Below are positions 18,429-27,745 of a stretch of DNA of 64,000 nt, one piece after another (position 1 is the first letter of the stretch; each line of letters begins with the position of its first letter). The stretch covers positions 159,307 through 223,306 of the forward strand of contig NZ_CANMRN010000005.1 of the NCBI RefSeq assembly GCF_947500265.1. Direction: 5' to 3'. The translations under genes were made by a program, and so were the position numbers. This DNA is from an uncultured Psychrobacter sp. Lineage in GTDB: Bacteria; Pseudomonadota; Gammaproteobacteria; Pseudomonadales; Moraxellaceae. The notes under the pieces are model-generated. The model was not told the DNA's origin. It saw only the letters and a program-made list of their open reading frames with translations, and made no database searches.

Positions 18429-21400
18429 TTATTCTATTCTCTCAAGGGTTTTCTGATGTGCTTTTGCAAAGCGGTCACTCTGCGGCACTATTTGATTTAA
18501 AAATTCGTAAATATGGCACTCGTTCATTTGTTTAACTTGGGTTTCTAATTTAGTAAAAGCATCTGGGTTAAAAGAGCTAGCCAAGTACTTATACAACTCG
18601 CTCAGTTCTGGATATTTGGATAAAGCTTGCGTTAAACCATTGATTCGGTAAAAACTGAGCCTTAAACGTGAAAGACGAGTATTGCATTCTGATTTGGTCG
18701 CTTTCCATACCTGGCTAATCTCAATATCAGTAAAGACCAAGTTATGTCGTTCGTTATGTCGTAGAAATTCTTGCAGACCAGCGTACAATGCTGATCCCAT
18801 GATTTCGTCCCGTACTTTACTTAAATTCAAAATTGGTTCGTTCTGTATACGCCCAGTATGTTGAACAGGAAATGGTGCACTTTTAATAGTTAGTCCATGG
18901 TAATGTTTATTGACTATTGCCCAGACCATGTCTGAACGGCGAGCTTCACGGCCATTAATCTTAAAAATTAGGTTAGGCGTTTGTATTAAGGCTTTAGCGT
19001 TTAGTACAAAGGTGTTGCCTCCACGGTTTACCGTATCTTTTGCTGCAGCTAATGGAGATGTTGAACATGCTGGAACAATACCACGAGTGAGCGGGAAGCC
19101 CGTGACCAATAAAGGCGCATGTGCAATCAATCGAGAGCGAGCTTCAGTGACACTTTCACCTTTGTAGGCGGGTTCGAGCCAAAATGGTGCTTCAATATGA
19201 GCCGTATGTTTACGAGATAAGTCATAGTAATAATCAGGATACTTATCTCGAAGTATTGTATTTTCGTGGCTGCGATCAGGCAGTTCGATATTGTTTGGTA
19301 TTTTATCAAGCCAGCGTAAGTTATGAAGCAGATCTACCAATTGCCCACGTAGGCCATTTAATGGAGGATTAGGCGATGAGCCTTCGTATTGCCCGATCAC
19401 TATATCGACATCTGCTTGCTTAAACACTGGTAGCCAAGCTAGAAACTGTTTGGCTCGGGAATCTAAACGCATATCGTCATCAAGGATCCAAGCATAGTTA
19501 TTTGGAGTCATTGTACATTTTAAACCAACATATTTTTGCAGCATGCTCCGTGCATGTGCAATTCCCACTTGGCCTTTTGGTCGTTTTGCCAAGTCGGAAC
19601 CAAATAGGCCGCTTGCAGCATCTTCTATCTGTTGTGTTTCGCTTATTATTTTTATATCACCCGCTGACCTTTTACTGAATGAAAGCGTTTCTTTCACGGA
19701 AGTATCTGAACAACCGTTGCATAGCACTATGGAGTTTATACTGGATAAAAAATCACATTGTGCAAGATCAGCAATACTATTTAATAACGGCAATAACTTA
19801 TGCGCATCACCGGTAATCACACCAATAGTTAGAGCAAATGGTTTGGATGGTTTTTCTAGTGGGCCAAGGGGCAACCATGCATCCTGTGCTTGTTTAAGGT
19901 TACAATCAATACCAGTTAAACTTTGACGAAATGCTTGATAGCCCTGCATTTTTGGGATATTTATTGTATACAGAGATTGTCGCATTAAGTGCTTGAGATT
20001 TGGATGATCCACATGATGAATACTTAGATAAGCCCTCCGAGCCATGTGTTCGAACCCTAATTCATTCCATGGGCGAATATCCGCGCCATAATCAATCAGT
20101 TTTACTTCACTCTGGGTTTTTATTAAGTTTTTCGGGTGCATGTTATTACATACAATTCCTGCTTTGCTGCAACTATGTAGCAAGTCAATCACTTGTTCGC
20201 AGTTGCCACCTTGATAAGGGATGCTATTTTCAAAGGGATAAGTGAGTACCAAAGTTTTTCCATCTGATATAACTTCATCAAGAGTATATAAACCAGGTAG
20301 ATTGTACCATTGTGAACTGGACCATTTTAAAAAATTGATTTGCTCAGTAGGTATGTGGATTTTCCAATAGTCAATGCATTTAAAAACACGTTTACCATCT
20401 GTCATGACAACAGCTTCAGAGCCCATACCAAGTAGTAGAAGCTCATGAATACCAAATAGCCTTCTGATACGATCATTAGCTGCATCAATGCGGCATTGTT
20501 TTATTCTATTAGCGAGTGTTGCATGCGGTTTTAAGAGGAGCTCATTACAGCGGTTAGTACATAAATGACGAGCGCCTAAGTCCGTCAGTATTGCTGATAA
20601 ATCGTTCTCGCTTCCAATAGAGCGTTGCTTTTGAAAGTCACCATCTTTTAATACCCATGCGCTATTACCAATATTTTCTTTGGCAACAAATGCTGTGGCT
20701 GTTTCAATACACGTTTGCTGATGGCATAAATTATAGCAAGTAACTCCCAGTTGATTCATCCGCTCAATAAACGCACGCAACTCAATCTGATCTAATTTTT
20801 TATTTGTGGTCAAAACGATATTGAAGCTAACCAGACTTTTTTGACCTAAATGATGAATTTTTTCAATAGCTTGCTCTAATTGGTTAAATAAAAGACTTCC
20901 TAATTCAACGCCAAGAGTTAATGCGATTTGAGATTCCTGTTTTAGTATTGGTTTTGGTAGGGCTTCTGGCTGCCAGAAAAATAGGCGCTGTGCGCGCTCA
21001 AGGAACGCTTTACTTTGATCAGCGCTCATACGTCCATGGTATTTCTGCCAAAAAACTGCTAATCCATTATTCTTGGTTGGTGAGTTTGGTGTACTAAGGC
21101 GTTGACGATCACTATCGGCATAGTGAGTTAGTAGTGGTTTTTTTATATTGCAATAGCGTGTTGTGTCTAATTCACAGAGGCGTATACACAAATCTCGATC
21201 AGTGCAACTTGATAGTTGCTCATCAAAACCGCCTGCCATCAACATAATATCTAGTGATAAGAATAGGTTAGATCCTTGAATACCTGGATTTCCGCACAAG
21301 AACAGTTCCTCATTTATTGAGTCGGGAGGTATACATTTAATAGGCTGCTGTTCATTACCTTCACAACGGTAAAATCCCGCTGCCACTATATTACAATACT

Positions 21401-21806
21401 GTGTGATTACTAACGATTTGCAGTTTTCTAAGTAGTTAGGATGCCATTCATCATCATCGTCAAGAAATGCTAAAAATAGTGAACTGAAATCCTGTTTTTG
21501 TTTGTTGCTAAGGTATTCTATTGCCGTATTCCATGCTCCACTAGCACCTAGAGTTCGCTGGTTTAATAAATATTTAATATGGCAATTAGTTGATGGGATA
21601 GATTCGACTATCAGTCTGTTTTGACACTGGTTTCGGTTAGCAGAATCGTCTACAACAATAATATAGATCGGTGATATGGACTGATTTAATACTGAGTTTA
21701 TAGCTCTTTGTTTTAGTAGACTAGGTCTGTTTTTGGTCGCAATAATCACTGCTATTTGTGGGGCGTTCACACAATACTCCATTGCTAATGAACAACTAGC
21801 TTTCAT
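18429..21806 (-). CDS. 1125-aa multidomain protein: N-terminal GT2 glycosyltransferase, central protein-kinase-like domain, C-terminal second GT-A (DxD) domain
   Basis: GT2: IAVIIATKNRPSLL...IIVVDDS...FLDDDDEW. Kinase-like: LLLGMGSEAVVMTDGKRVFKCI ... NMHPKNLIKTQSEVKLIDYGADI (catalytic-loop and DFG-like). C-terminal: LTIGVITGD...AWILDDDMRLD. The domain borders are approximate (~1-290, ~450-640, ~650-1000). Confidence 0.6.
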   Translation of the reverse strand: MKASCSLAMEYCVNAPQIAVIIATKNRPSLLKQRAINSVLNQSISPIYIIVVDDSANRNQCQNRLIVESIPSTNCHIKYLLNQRTLGASGAWNTAIEYLSNKQKQDFSSLFLAFLDDDDEWHPNYLENCKSLVITQYCNIVAAGFYRCEGNEQQPIKCIPPDSINEELFLCGNPGIQGSNLFLSLDIMLMAGGFDEQLSSCTDRDLCIRLCELDTTRYCNIKKPLLTHYADSDRQRLSTPNSPTKNNGLAVFWQKYHGRMSADQSKAFLERAQRLFFWQPEALPKPILKQESQIALTLGVELGSLLFNQLEQAIEKIHHLGQKSLVSFNIVLTTNKKLDQIELRAFIERMNQLGVTCYNLCHQQTCIETATAFVAKENIGNSAWVLKDGDFQKQRSIGSENDLSAILTDLGARHLCTNRCNELLLKPHATLANRIKQCRIDAANDRIRRLFGIHELLLLGMGSEAVVMTDGKRVFKCIDYWKIHIPTEQINFLKWSSSQWYNLPGLYTLDEVISDGKTLVLTYPFENSIPYQGGNCEQVIDLLHSCSKAGIVCNNMHPKNLIKTQSEVKLIDYGADIRPWNELGFEHMARRAYLSIHHVDHPNLKHLMRQSLYTINIPKMQGYQAFRQSLTGIDCNLKQAQDAWLPLGPLEKPSKPFALTIGVITGDAHKLLPLLNSIADLAQCDFLSSINSIVLCNGCSDTSVKETLSFSKRSAGDIKIISETQQIEDAASGLFGSDLAKRPKGQVGIAHARSMLQKYVGLKCTMTPNNYAWILDDDMRLDSRAKQFLAWLPVFKQADVDIVIGQYEGSSPNPPLNGLRGQLVDLLHNLRWLDKIPNNIELPDRSHENTILRDKYPDYYYDLSRKHTAHIEAPFWLEPAYKGESVTEARSRLIAHAPLLVTGFPLTRGIVPACSTSPLAAAKDTVNRGGNTFVLNAKALIQTPNLIFKINGREARRSDMVWAIVNKHYHGLTIKSAPFPVQHTGRIQNEPILNLSKVRDEIMGSALYAGLQEFLRHNERHNLVFTDIEISQVWKATKSECNTRLSRLRLSFYRINGLTQALSKYPELSELYKYLASSFNPDAFTKLETQVKQMNECHIYEFLNQIVPQSDRFAKAHQKTLERIE

Positions 21807-21973
21807 ATTTGCTTAGCAAGGTTATAAAGCTCCTTGTATTAATAGGCTAGTAGTTCAGTCAAAACTATTAAATATTTTTACTTTCATATCATTAGTTGGC
21901 GCTCATACGGACTACAACTACATAGAAAGGATTACTAGTGATTCTATTTCATGAATGCAGTTTCGATAGTAGT

Positions 21974-22023
21974 AAATAGGCTACTAGCTATATATGAAAC
22001 ATAGCATTAGTAGCCTATTTTTT
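21974..22023 (-). terminator. Candidate terminator hairpin downstream of the 154-aa secreted-protein gene
   Basis: AAATAGGCTACTA ...21-nt loop... TAGTAGCCTATTT, flanked by A-runs and T-runs. The loop is large, so this is weak. Confidence 0.3.
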
Positions 22024-22127
22024 ACTCAAGTCATGTTTGTGATACTGGTGTTTATTAATACATACTAATTAGTAGTAATTTATCACATATATAATTTCAA
22101 ATATGTGCTGGCATGCCAGCAATAGTC

Positions 22128-22592
22128 TTATCCTACATTACAACTTGTTAGCGCTGGCGTACCTTTTTTGATGATTTTGATTAAATTAGCACCATCACTT
22201 TCACCCTCATAACTACTACTATAGTATCCGTCGATTTCTATTGTCATTGGAATGCGATAGCACTTCTTTTTATTAAGCTTTAATCTCTCAATCTCAGGAT
22301 TGTCTGACTCAAGCGCAAACTGAGTAGGATAGTTTGTCTTAGATGCTTTGGGAATCATCGCTTTTGATTTGTTATCAACAGTAAATTCAGCCGGAAATCT
22401 TGCTTCGTTAACCATATTATATTCGAGAATTCCTGAGACTACGGTCTTTCCTTTATATCTTGTCAGGCCCTCATTATCCGTAGTGCCGACCTTTAATGGC
22501 GTAGCTGGCTTTGCCGCGGGAGCGGCATAAGCTGATACACCAGTAAGGGCTAATGCTGCTGCTACAGTAAGTGATACCAATTTGTTTTTCAT
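22128..22592 (-). CDS. Secreted hypothetical protein (Sec signal peptide)
   Basis: MKNKLVSLTVAAALALTGVSAYA|AP signal peptide. No family was recognised. Confidence 0.6.
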   Translation of the reverse strand: MKNKLVSLTVAAALALTGVSAYAAPAAKPATPLKVGTTDNEGLTRYKGKTVVSGILEYNMVNEARFPAEFTVDNKSKAMIPKASKTNYPTQFALESDNPEIERLKLNKKKCYRIPMTIEIDGYYSSSYEGESDGANLIKIIKKGTPALTSCNVG

Positions 22593-22676
22593 TTGAAATC
22601 CTTTTGTGGGTTAGCTATTTTGCTGCAATAGTTGGGTTTAGACTGTGTACGTTATCGCATAATACGATTAGAGTAT

Positions 22677-23357
22677 TTAATCAAAAAGACAAGTAAACGT
22701 TTTGTTTTTAGAATTATAGGTTGCACCCATATCTATTATTTCATCCCAATACTCCATCTTGTAAGATTTAAAATTAGGCAAAATAGTGGAGAGATTGGCG
22801 GTTGGTGCGAACTTTAAAGCTTCACCTGCACCTGAAGATTCTGGTCTAAACATAAATACGTATTCCTCTAAAGGCTGGCCGCGATATTTAATACCGTCTT
22901 TGAATATTAGATGATATGCGGTAAACTCACCTCCCTCTTTTATTTTTACTTCCTTTATCGTATCTCGATATGCTGATAACCATTGTGACCTCGGCTTAAC
23001 AAAGTATCGGTAGTCTTGTGATACCCCTTTAATACTATCCTCTAATGACAACTGACTTTGGTCGAAAGTTTTAAAGGATAAATTTTTACCTACACATCCG
23101 CCTTCCATATCACCAAATAAATAAAGCATATCACTTGTTGGTAATTCTTGAGAGCTGCTTATCGCTACTTTATTAGTATCCACAGAAGAGCCACCTAAGC
23201 CTTGTTGTACACCTGCTATAGTGCCTGTCACTACCTCATTCACCAAAGAACCAACACTTTTTACTACTGTTGTGCCCATTGTTTGACTCTCAGCACAGCC
23301 TGATAGAGCAATAAGGCTGCTAATAGCAACCAATGACAACATATGATTCGATTTCAT
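22677..23357 (-). CDS. Lipoprotein, hypothetical (paralogue pair member 1)
   Basis: Lipobox MKSNHMLSLVAISSLIALSGC. The C-terminus is ...KTFTCLFD. Confidence 0.7.
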   Translation of the reverse strand: MKSNHMLSLVAISSLIALSGCAESQTMGTTVVKSVGSLVNEVVTGTIAGVQQGLGGSSVDTNKVAISSSQELPTSDMLYLFGDMEGGCVGKNLSFKTFDQSQLSLEDSIKGVSQDYRYFVKPRSQWLSAYRDTIKEVKIKEGGEFTAYHLIFKDGIKYRGQPLEEYVFMFRPESSGAGEALKFAPTANLSTILPNFKSYKMEYWDEIIDMGATYNSKNKTFTCLFD

Positions 23358-23393
23358 AATTAATCCATTAGCGTTTAAAATACTGAATAAATA

Positions 23394-24149
23394 TTACAGG
23401 TCAAAAGTACAGGTTATCTCATTACCATCATGATCAGAATCTATTAAATTAGGGTACATATCTCTGTTTTCAGGTTTATAAAAGTCTTTGAAGCTTTTAG
23501 CGATACCAAAATCCTTGGATGTACCAGAATTGCTTTCTTCTATCATTGCGAGAACATAAAGAGGCTGATAGCCTTTTTTTTGCCATTTGTAAAAATGCTG
23601 GGAAAAAGGAAAGTCTTCATCTGTATCACAATTAGATTGCACACGCGTTAATTCTTTTTCTCTAAATAGATCTTCAAGCTTATAAACGGCACTTGTTGTT
23701 TCATCTTCTGCTATACCCTGACCAGAACTAATATTAATTAAACTTGGTTTTATTTTAGTGCCATAAGCTACAACATAGCTATGCTCATCTAAGTCACCAA
23801 TGATGGAATAGTTGGTACCTCCATCTAAAGTAGGTATCTTGTTTCGCCATTCTCGCACACCAGGTATTTCAGCCAGCGTCTCCCATTGCCAATCAGTATT
23901 GGGCTTTAAAGCGAGATAATCAGTAATCTTAGAAAATCTAGGTGCGTTTTCTTCTTCGACAACATCTTCTTCAATAACAACGATCTCTTCTTCAGCAACT
24001 GCTGGTTCTACTGCAACCACCTCTTTGTTAACAGCCGAATTTTCAGTAGTAACTTCTTGAGTAGCTTCTGCTTCTTTATTGTCCATACAGCCAGATAACG
24101 CAATAATACTGCTTATAGCAACTAATGATAAAACATGACCTGATTTCAT
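23394..24149 (-). CDS. Lipoprotein, hypothetical (paralogue pair member 2, acidic linker)
   Basis: Lipobox MKSGHVLSLVAISSIIALSGC is nearly identical to that of the neighbouring gene. The C-terminus is ...EITCTFDL. Confidence 0.7.
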   Translation of the reverse strand: MKSGHVLSLVAISSIIALSGCMDNKEAEATQEVTTENSAVNKEVVAVEPAVAEEEIVVIEEDVVEEENAPRFSKITDYLALKPNTDWQWETLAEIPGVREWRNKIPTLDGGTNYSIIGDLDEHSYVVAYGTKIKPSLINISSGQGIAEDETTSAVYKLEDLFREKELTRVQSNCDTDEDFPFSQHFYKWQKKGYQPLYVLAMIEESNSGTSKDFGIAKSFKDFYKPENRDMYPNLIDSDHDGNEITCTFDL

Positions 24150-24360
24150 AGTTAAGCTCTTAATATTGAAAATAAGTGGAAGGACTATAGGAACAAGAAT
24201 TAATCTTTAGCAAAGAATAATGGGTACGAATAAATCTCCATTCATGTACCGAACACTTTTGCAGTTTTAAATTCATTAACCTATGGATCTGCTAAACAAA
24301 TAAAAAAGTCGCCCATTGTTTATATGGACAACTCTTAATGATTTTTTAAAATGCCAATAG

Positions 24361-24750
24361 CTATTTACAGAATTTGGCAAAGAGGTTATTTACTACGGGG
24401 CGAGGTAGCGTGTAATCAGCCATCGCTTCTTTCAGGCTTTTGTAATCTGTATCATTTACTATGTTTGAACTTATTGGGTTTGAACAAGTAATACTTAGCA
24501 CTCCTCTAAAACTACTTGTTTTACCATCAGCTGTTAAAGCAATCAGCAGATTGTCTAGCTTTTTGAGATTAGCGCCTGTATACCCTTCTATTGTCATAGG
24601 ATAAGCAGTCCAAGTAGTGGTATACACACCACCGTCTTGACTAGTATAGACATTAATACCATCTGAAAAATTAGGGGCTGCCAATGCACTAGTAGATACA
24701 AGAAATGATAGGCTCAAGAAAGCTAAAGATAATAAGTAAGTGGATTTCAT
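24361..24750 (-). CDS. Secreted hypothetical protein
   Basis: The track ORF starts at 24807. An internal ATG at 24750 is preceded by GGAG and gives a clean signal peptide, MKSTYLLSLAFLSLSFLVSTSALA|AP. Confidence 0.6.
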   Translation of the reverse strand: MKSTYLLSLAFLSLSFLVSTSALAAPNFSDGINVYTSQDGGVYTTTWTAYPMTIEGYTGANLKKLDNLLIALTADGKTSSFRGVLSITCSNPISSNIVNDTDYKSLKEAMADYTLPRPVVNNLFAKFCK

Positions 24751-25352
24751 TACCGCTCCAATAGTTAACATTCGTCGTGAATTTTTACCTCCTTCATAAT
24801 ATAACACAAATGTTTTATCTTGTTACATAAGCTTAATTAAATGTATTGATAAATATATAAATTTAACAAGTTAGCATCTACCATGTTCTATCATAATTCA
24901 TAAGAAATTATTAAACAGATGATAAGCTCTTTGGTATCGTTATCACATGAGATACTAAAAAAATATCGAATGAATAGTGTGGCTGGCAAGATAGTTTCGA
25001 AATAATTGGCCTATATGCATATATTTAAAATTATTTGGTGCGACTATCTATAATATTACGAGTCTATGAATGGTGTTTATAGATATACTGAAAACTAAAA
25101 AGATATGAATACACTATATTAATAATCTATCTAAACCCATTTGCATAAGGCTTACACCACAAATTGCTAATAATGAAGTTTGTTATGCGTCTTTGTGGAA
25201 ATTGGGGTTTGATATAGGAATGCATTAGGTGTGTCATCTATATACGATTCGTCCATATGATATTTCATCTCTATGCTCACTGCTAATTAATGTTTCTTGG
25301 TATGGTTGGAAGTATTAAATTTTAGTGCGAGTTAAATTATATTCTGTTTCAT

Positions 25353-25805
25353 TTACTTATAGTGCTGGTCATTGATTTGCCTTAGCATATTAATAGTGTT
25401 TATATCGTAACTGCCTGCGTAGAACTGGTATAAAAGCTGCTCAAATACACACTTATTACCAGCGGCAAAGGCAAACAACGTTAGCGAAGACTGCAGCTTC
25501 AGATTGTCCGGTGAACCAAAGATGTTTAAAGCGCTTTTATCAGGGTGCAATAGTAATAATTCAGCGCACTCTATTAACCGTGCACCCAGCACATCATGCT
25601 GCAAATACGCTTGTGCTTGCTCCAAGCTCCCTACTGCAAATCGTCGAGACATTTTGCTATGCCCTAACCCTCTAACCTGTGGAAAGATAAACCACATCCA
25701 ATGCGTACGCTTACGACCTTGGGTCAGCTCTTCAATCACTTGTGAATAGATAGTATCTTGAGCTTTGATAAAATCATCAAACAAATCTTTGTCTATCGTT
25801 GTCAC
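25353..25805 (-). CDS. DUF1810 family protein
   Basis: The signature block GRKRTHWMWFIFPQVRGLGHS...AQAYLQHDVLGARLIEC...IFGSPDNLKLQSSLTLF matches my memory of the DUF1810 family consensus (SHWMWFIFPQ). Confidence 0.7.
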   Translation of the reverse strand: MTTIDKDLFDDFIKAQDTIYSQVIEELTQGRKRTHWMWFIFPQVRGLGHSKMSRRFAVGSLEQAQAYLQHDVLGARLIECAELLLLHPDKSALNIFGSPDNLKLQSSLTLFAFAAGNKCVFEQLLYQFYAGSYDINTINMLRQINDQHYK

Positions 25806-25894
25806 TTTCTACACTCCTTGCACTTTAAGTAATAAGCGTTTACCTATCTGCCACACTCACAACGTAGCTCAAACCATGTATAGTCAATACTAGG

Positions 25895-26572
25895 CTAACC
25901 TGTCACATATATCGCTCCCATCCAGAAATGGTCAGGTTTATCAATCATCCTATTGCCGTAAAACACTTCTACATCATCAGCAATCCAACTTTCAACAGCA
26001 GTTGTGATACTAAAAAACTCATCAAGAGATAACTTATGATCGCTTTCAATATCAAGCAACATATACTGGATACTAAGACCTTCAGGAATTTGATTGAGTA
26101 GAGGATTAACGGCATTTTTTACTTGTTCTGAGTCTGGCTTACCGGTTACACTATTCTGTATAAATTTAGCAATCTTTTCAGACCCGCACGATCTTTTGAT
26201 ATCATTAACATCTATACCAAACTTATCGCGATCAGATAGTATCGATTCAAATACAGTTGTTACCTGCCCAACCTCATCCGCTTTGCAAATAATAATACCG
26301 TCTATAACCTCGAACCTATCGATACATTTACCTGTGGTTTGTAGCGCAAACAATGTGTCCAAACCTGTTTGTTGTTTTAACGCTAGCAATAGCTGTTCAT
26401 TCCAGCCATCTTCGATAACAATAAACCCAACCTCAGACAAACGATAGCTATCTGATTGTGACCTATATAAAGTAGCTAAAGGTATGGGCTCTATCTGAAG
26501 CTCATCATTATGTTCTTTTCTAATGTTGTTCTTTATAGTCTGCTTATCTTCAAAAATACTATCTACTGTCAT
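25895..26572 (-). CDS. Hypothetical protein with a degenerate FtsZ/tubulin-like layout (FtsZ C-terminal-domain-like; GTP-binding glycine loops absent)
   Basis: By eye: FGIDVNDIKR (cf. FtsZ GLINVDFADVRT), NPLLNQI (cf. SPLLE), LSLDEFFSITTAVESWIADDVEVFYGNRMIDK...GAIYVTG (cf. B. subtilis FtsZ LSLYEVQEAADIVASASDQDVNMIFGSVINE...VTVIATG). The N-terminal GFIVIEDGWNEQ occupies the place of IKVIGVGGGGGNA. No GGGTGTG motif is present. Confidence 0.45.
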   Translation of the reverse strand: MTVDSIFEDKQTIKNNIRKEHNDELQIEPIPLATLYRSQSDSYRLSEVGFIVIEDGWNEQLLLALKQQTGLDTLFALQTTGKCIDRFEVIDGIIICKADEVGQVTTVFESILSDRDKFGIDVNDIKRSCGSEKIAKFIQNSVTGKPDSEQVKNAVNPLLNQIPEGLSIQYMLLDIESDHKLSLDEFFSITTAVESWIADDVEVFYGNRMIDKPDHFWMGAIYVTG

Positions 26573-26599
26573 ACTCGGCTCTTCCTTAAAGTAAAATCA

Positions 26600-27691
26600 T
26601 CAATTACGGTTATAAAGCTGCATCCCACTTTCTAGGCGCTCGAGAATAACTGTCTTTAACTCTAATGGTTCAATGACGAAGGACAATTGCGACATACTTA
26701 CCAGCCAATCTTGCAAACGAGTCGTATTAGCAACTGTAGCGCTGACTTGACGCCAAGTGTCGTCGATAATCGTAATCTTCTGATCTATTGATAATGGACG
26801 CTCATAAAGATGCTGACAGGCATATTTCTGTACTTTTAAAACCAAGTTGATTTCAACATTTTTACCAAACTCTAGCTTGCCCAGCTCCTGTAAGCTATCT
26901 AATGTAAAAATGTCACGCCCTACCCAGTCAGGTATTAGCTTATCTATGACTAGTGCCTCGGTAATACGATTGACCGCAAAGTTGCGATGCTCCTCTAGCA
27001 ATACGTCATCATCGATATGATCATCAGCAGAATTAAAGCCAGTGAGATAGATCATATTGTCAATAAAGATCAGTCCTTTGGGATACACCACTCTTTGAGT
27101 TGGTTTTTCTTCCCATTTATTTTGATAGCGTATTCGTAATTGACGATTCTGTAGCAGAGCCTGATGAATACTTTCAAGCACATCACTATCAAGCGTTGGT
27201 GCTTGCACGATACTAGGCAAGGTGATGAGATGGTCTTTCCATTGCCCTAGCGGACTTTGATGAAAGTTATCCTTATCTCGGCGACGTAATTGAGTGAGCT
27301 TGTCTGTGATTTCTTGTTTAAAAGATACTGGTAAGTAGTTTGCGGTATATTTATCCAGCATCTCCCAAAAAAACACGATTTGCTCGTTAATAACATCGAT
27401 GCTAAAGCTGGGTTCAATATAGAAGCGTGCGGTTTGACCTCTGATTTTTTCTCCCCATCTAGGTACTCGAACCAGAGCATCACTATAGAAAATATCGTTA
27501 AAGGTTTGGTTTAAGCCAATCAGATCGTTCTCTAAATTTTTACGCTCACTTGTATAATTGTCATCATTATCACCATAGTTTTGCATAAGCTCTGTTAATG
27601 ACATAGCATCAGCTTCACTACGAGGCAAACATTGATATAAAGCAAATAGGCGTGCTGACTTTGTATAGCTGGCGATTGGATGTGCAGGCAT
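26600..27691 (-). CDS. WYL-domain transcriptional regulator (HTH-WYL-WCX architecture)
   Basis: 363 aa. The N-terminal winged-HTH-like region is SARLFALYQCLPRS...MSLTELMQ. The WYL core is RQLRIRYQNKWEEKPTQRVVYPKGLIFIDNMIYLTGF. Confidence 0.7.
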   Translation of the reverse strand: MPAHPIASYTKSARLFALYQCLPRSEADAMSLTELMQNYGDNDDNYTSERKNLENDLIGLNQTFNDIFYSDALVRVPRWGEKIRGQTARFYIEPSFSIDVINEQIVFFWEMLDKYTANYLPVSFKQEITDKLTQLRRRDKDNFHQSPLGQWKDHLITLPSIVQAPTLDSDVLESIHQALLQNRQLRIRYQNKWEEKPTQRVVYPKGLIFIDNMIYLTGFNSADDHIDDDVLLEEHRNFAVNRITEALVIDKLIPDWVGRDIFTLDSLQELGKLEFGKNVEINLVLKVQKYACQHLYERPLSIDQKITIIDDTWRQVSATVANTTRLQDWLVSMSQLSFVIEPLELKTVILERLESGMQLYNRN

Positions 27692-27745
27692 AGTATTTAC
27701 TCTATTAGACTGATGAAATAATCAACTCATTATTAAAATACAGGC

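Noticed and set aside
18186-20245. Short ORFs on either strand inside the RibA::NADAR and 1125-aa genes (e.g. 18186..18413, 18910..19167, 19127..19309, 19543..19926, 20000..20245)
   Set aside because: They are embedded in long ORFs with clear domain motifs and carry no independent signals.
22128-24750. Exported-protein block considered as type VI secretion immunity genes
   Set aside because: No effector, VgrG, PAAR or Rhs genes are present in the window, and no recognisable immunity family motif was seen. It is kept only as an unexplained paralogue cluster.
27247-27483. 78-aa same-strand alternative-frame ORF inside the WYL regulator gene
   Set aside because: It lies entirely within a motif-supported ORF in another frame. 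There is no evidence of an overlapping gene.
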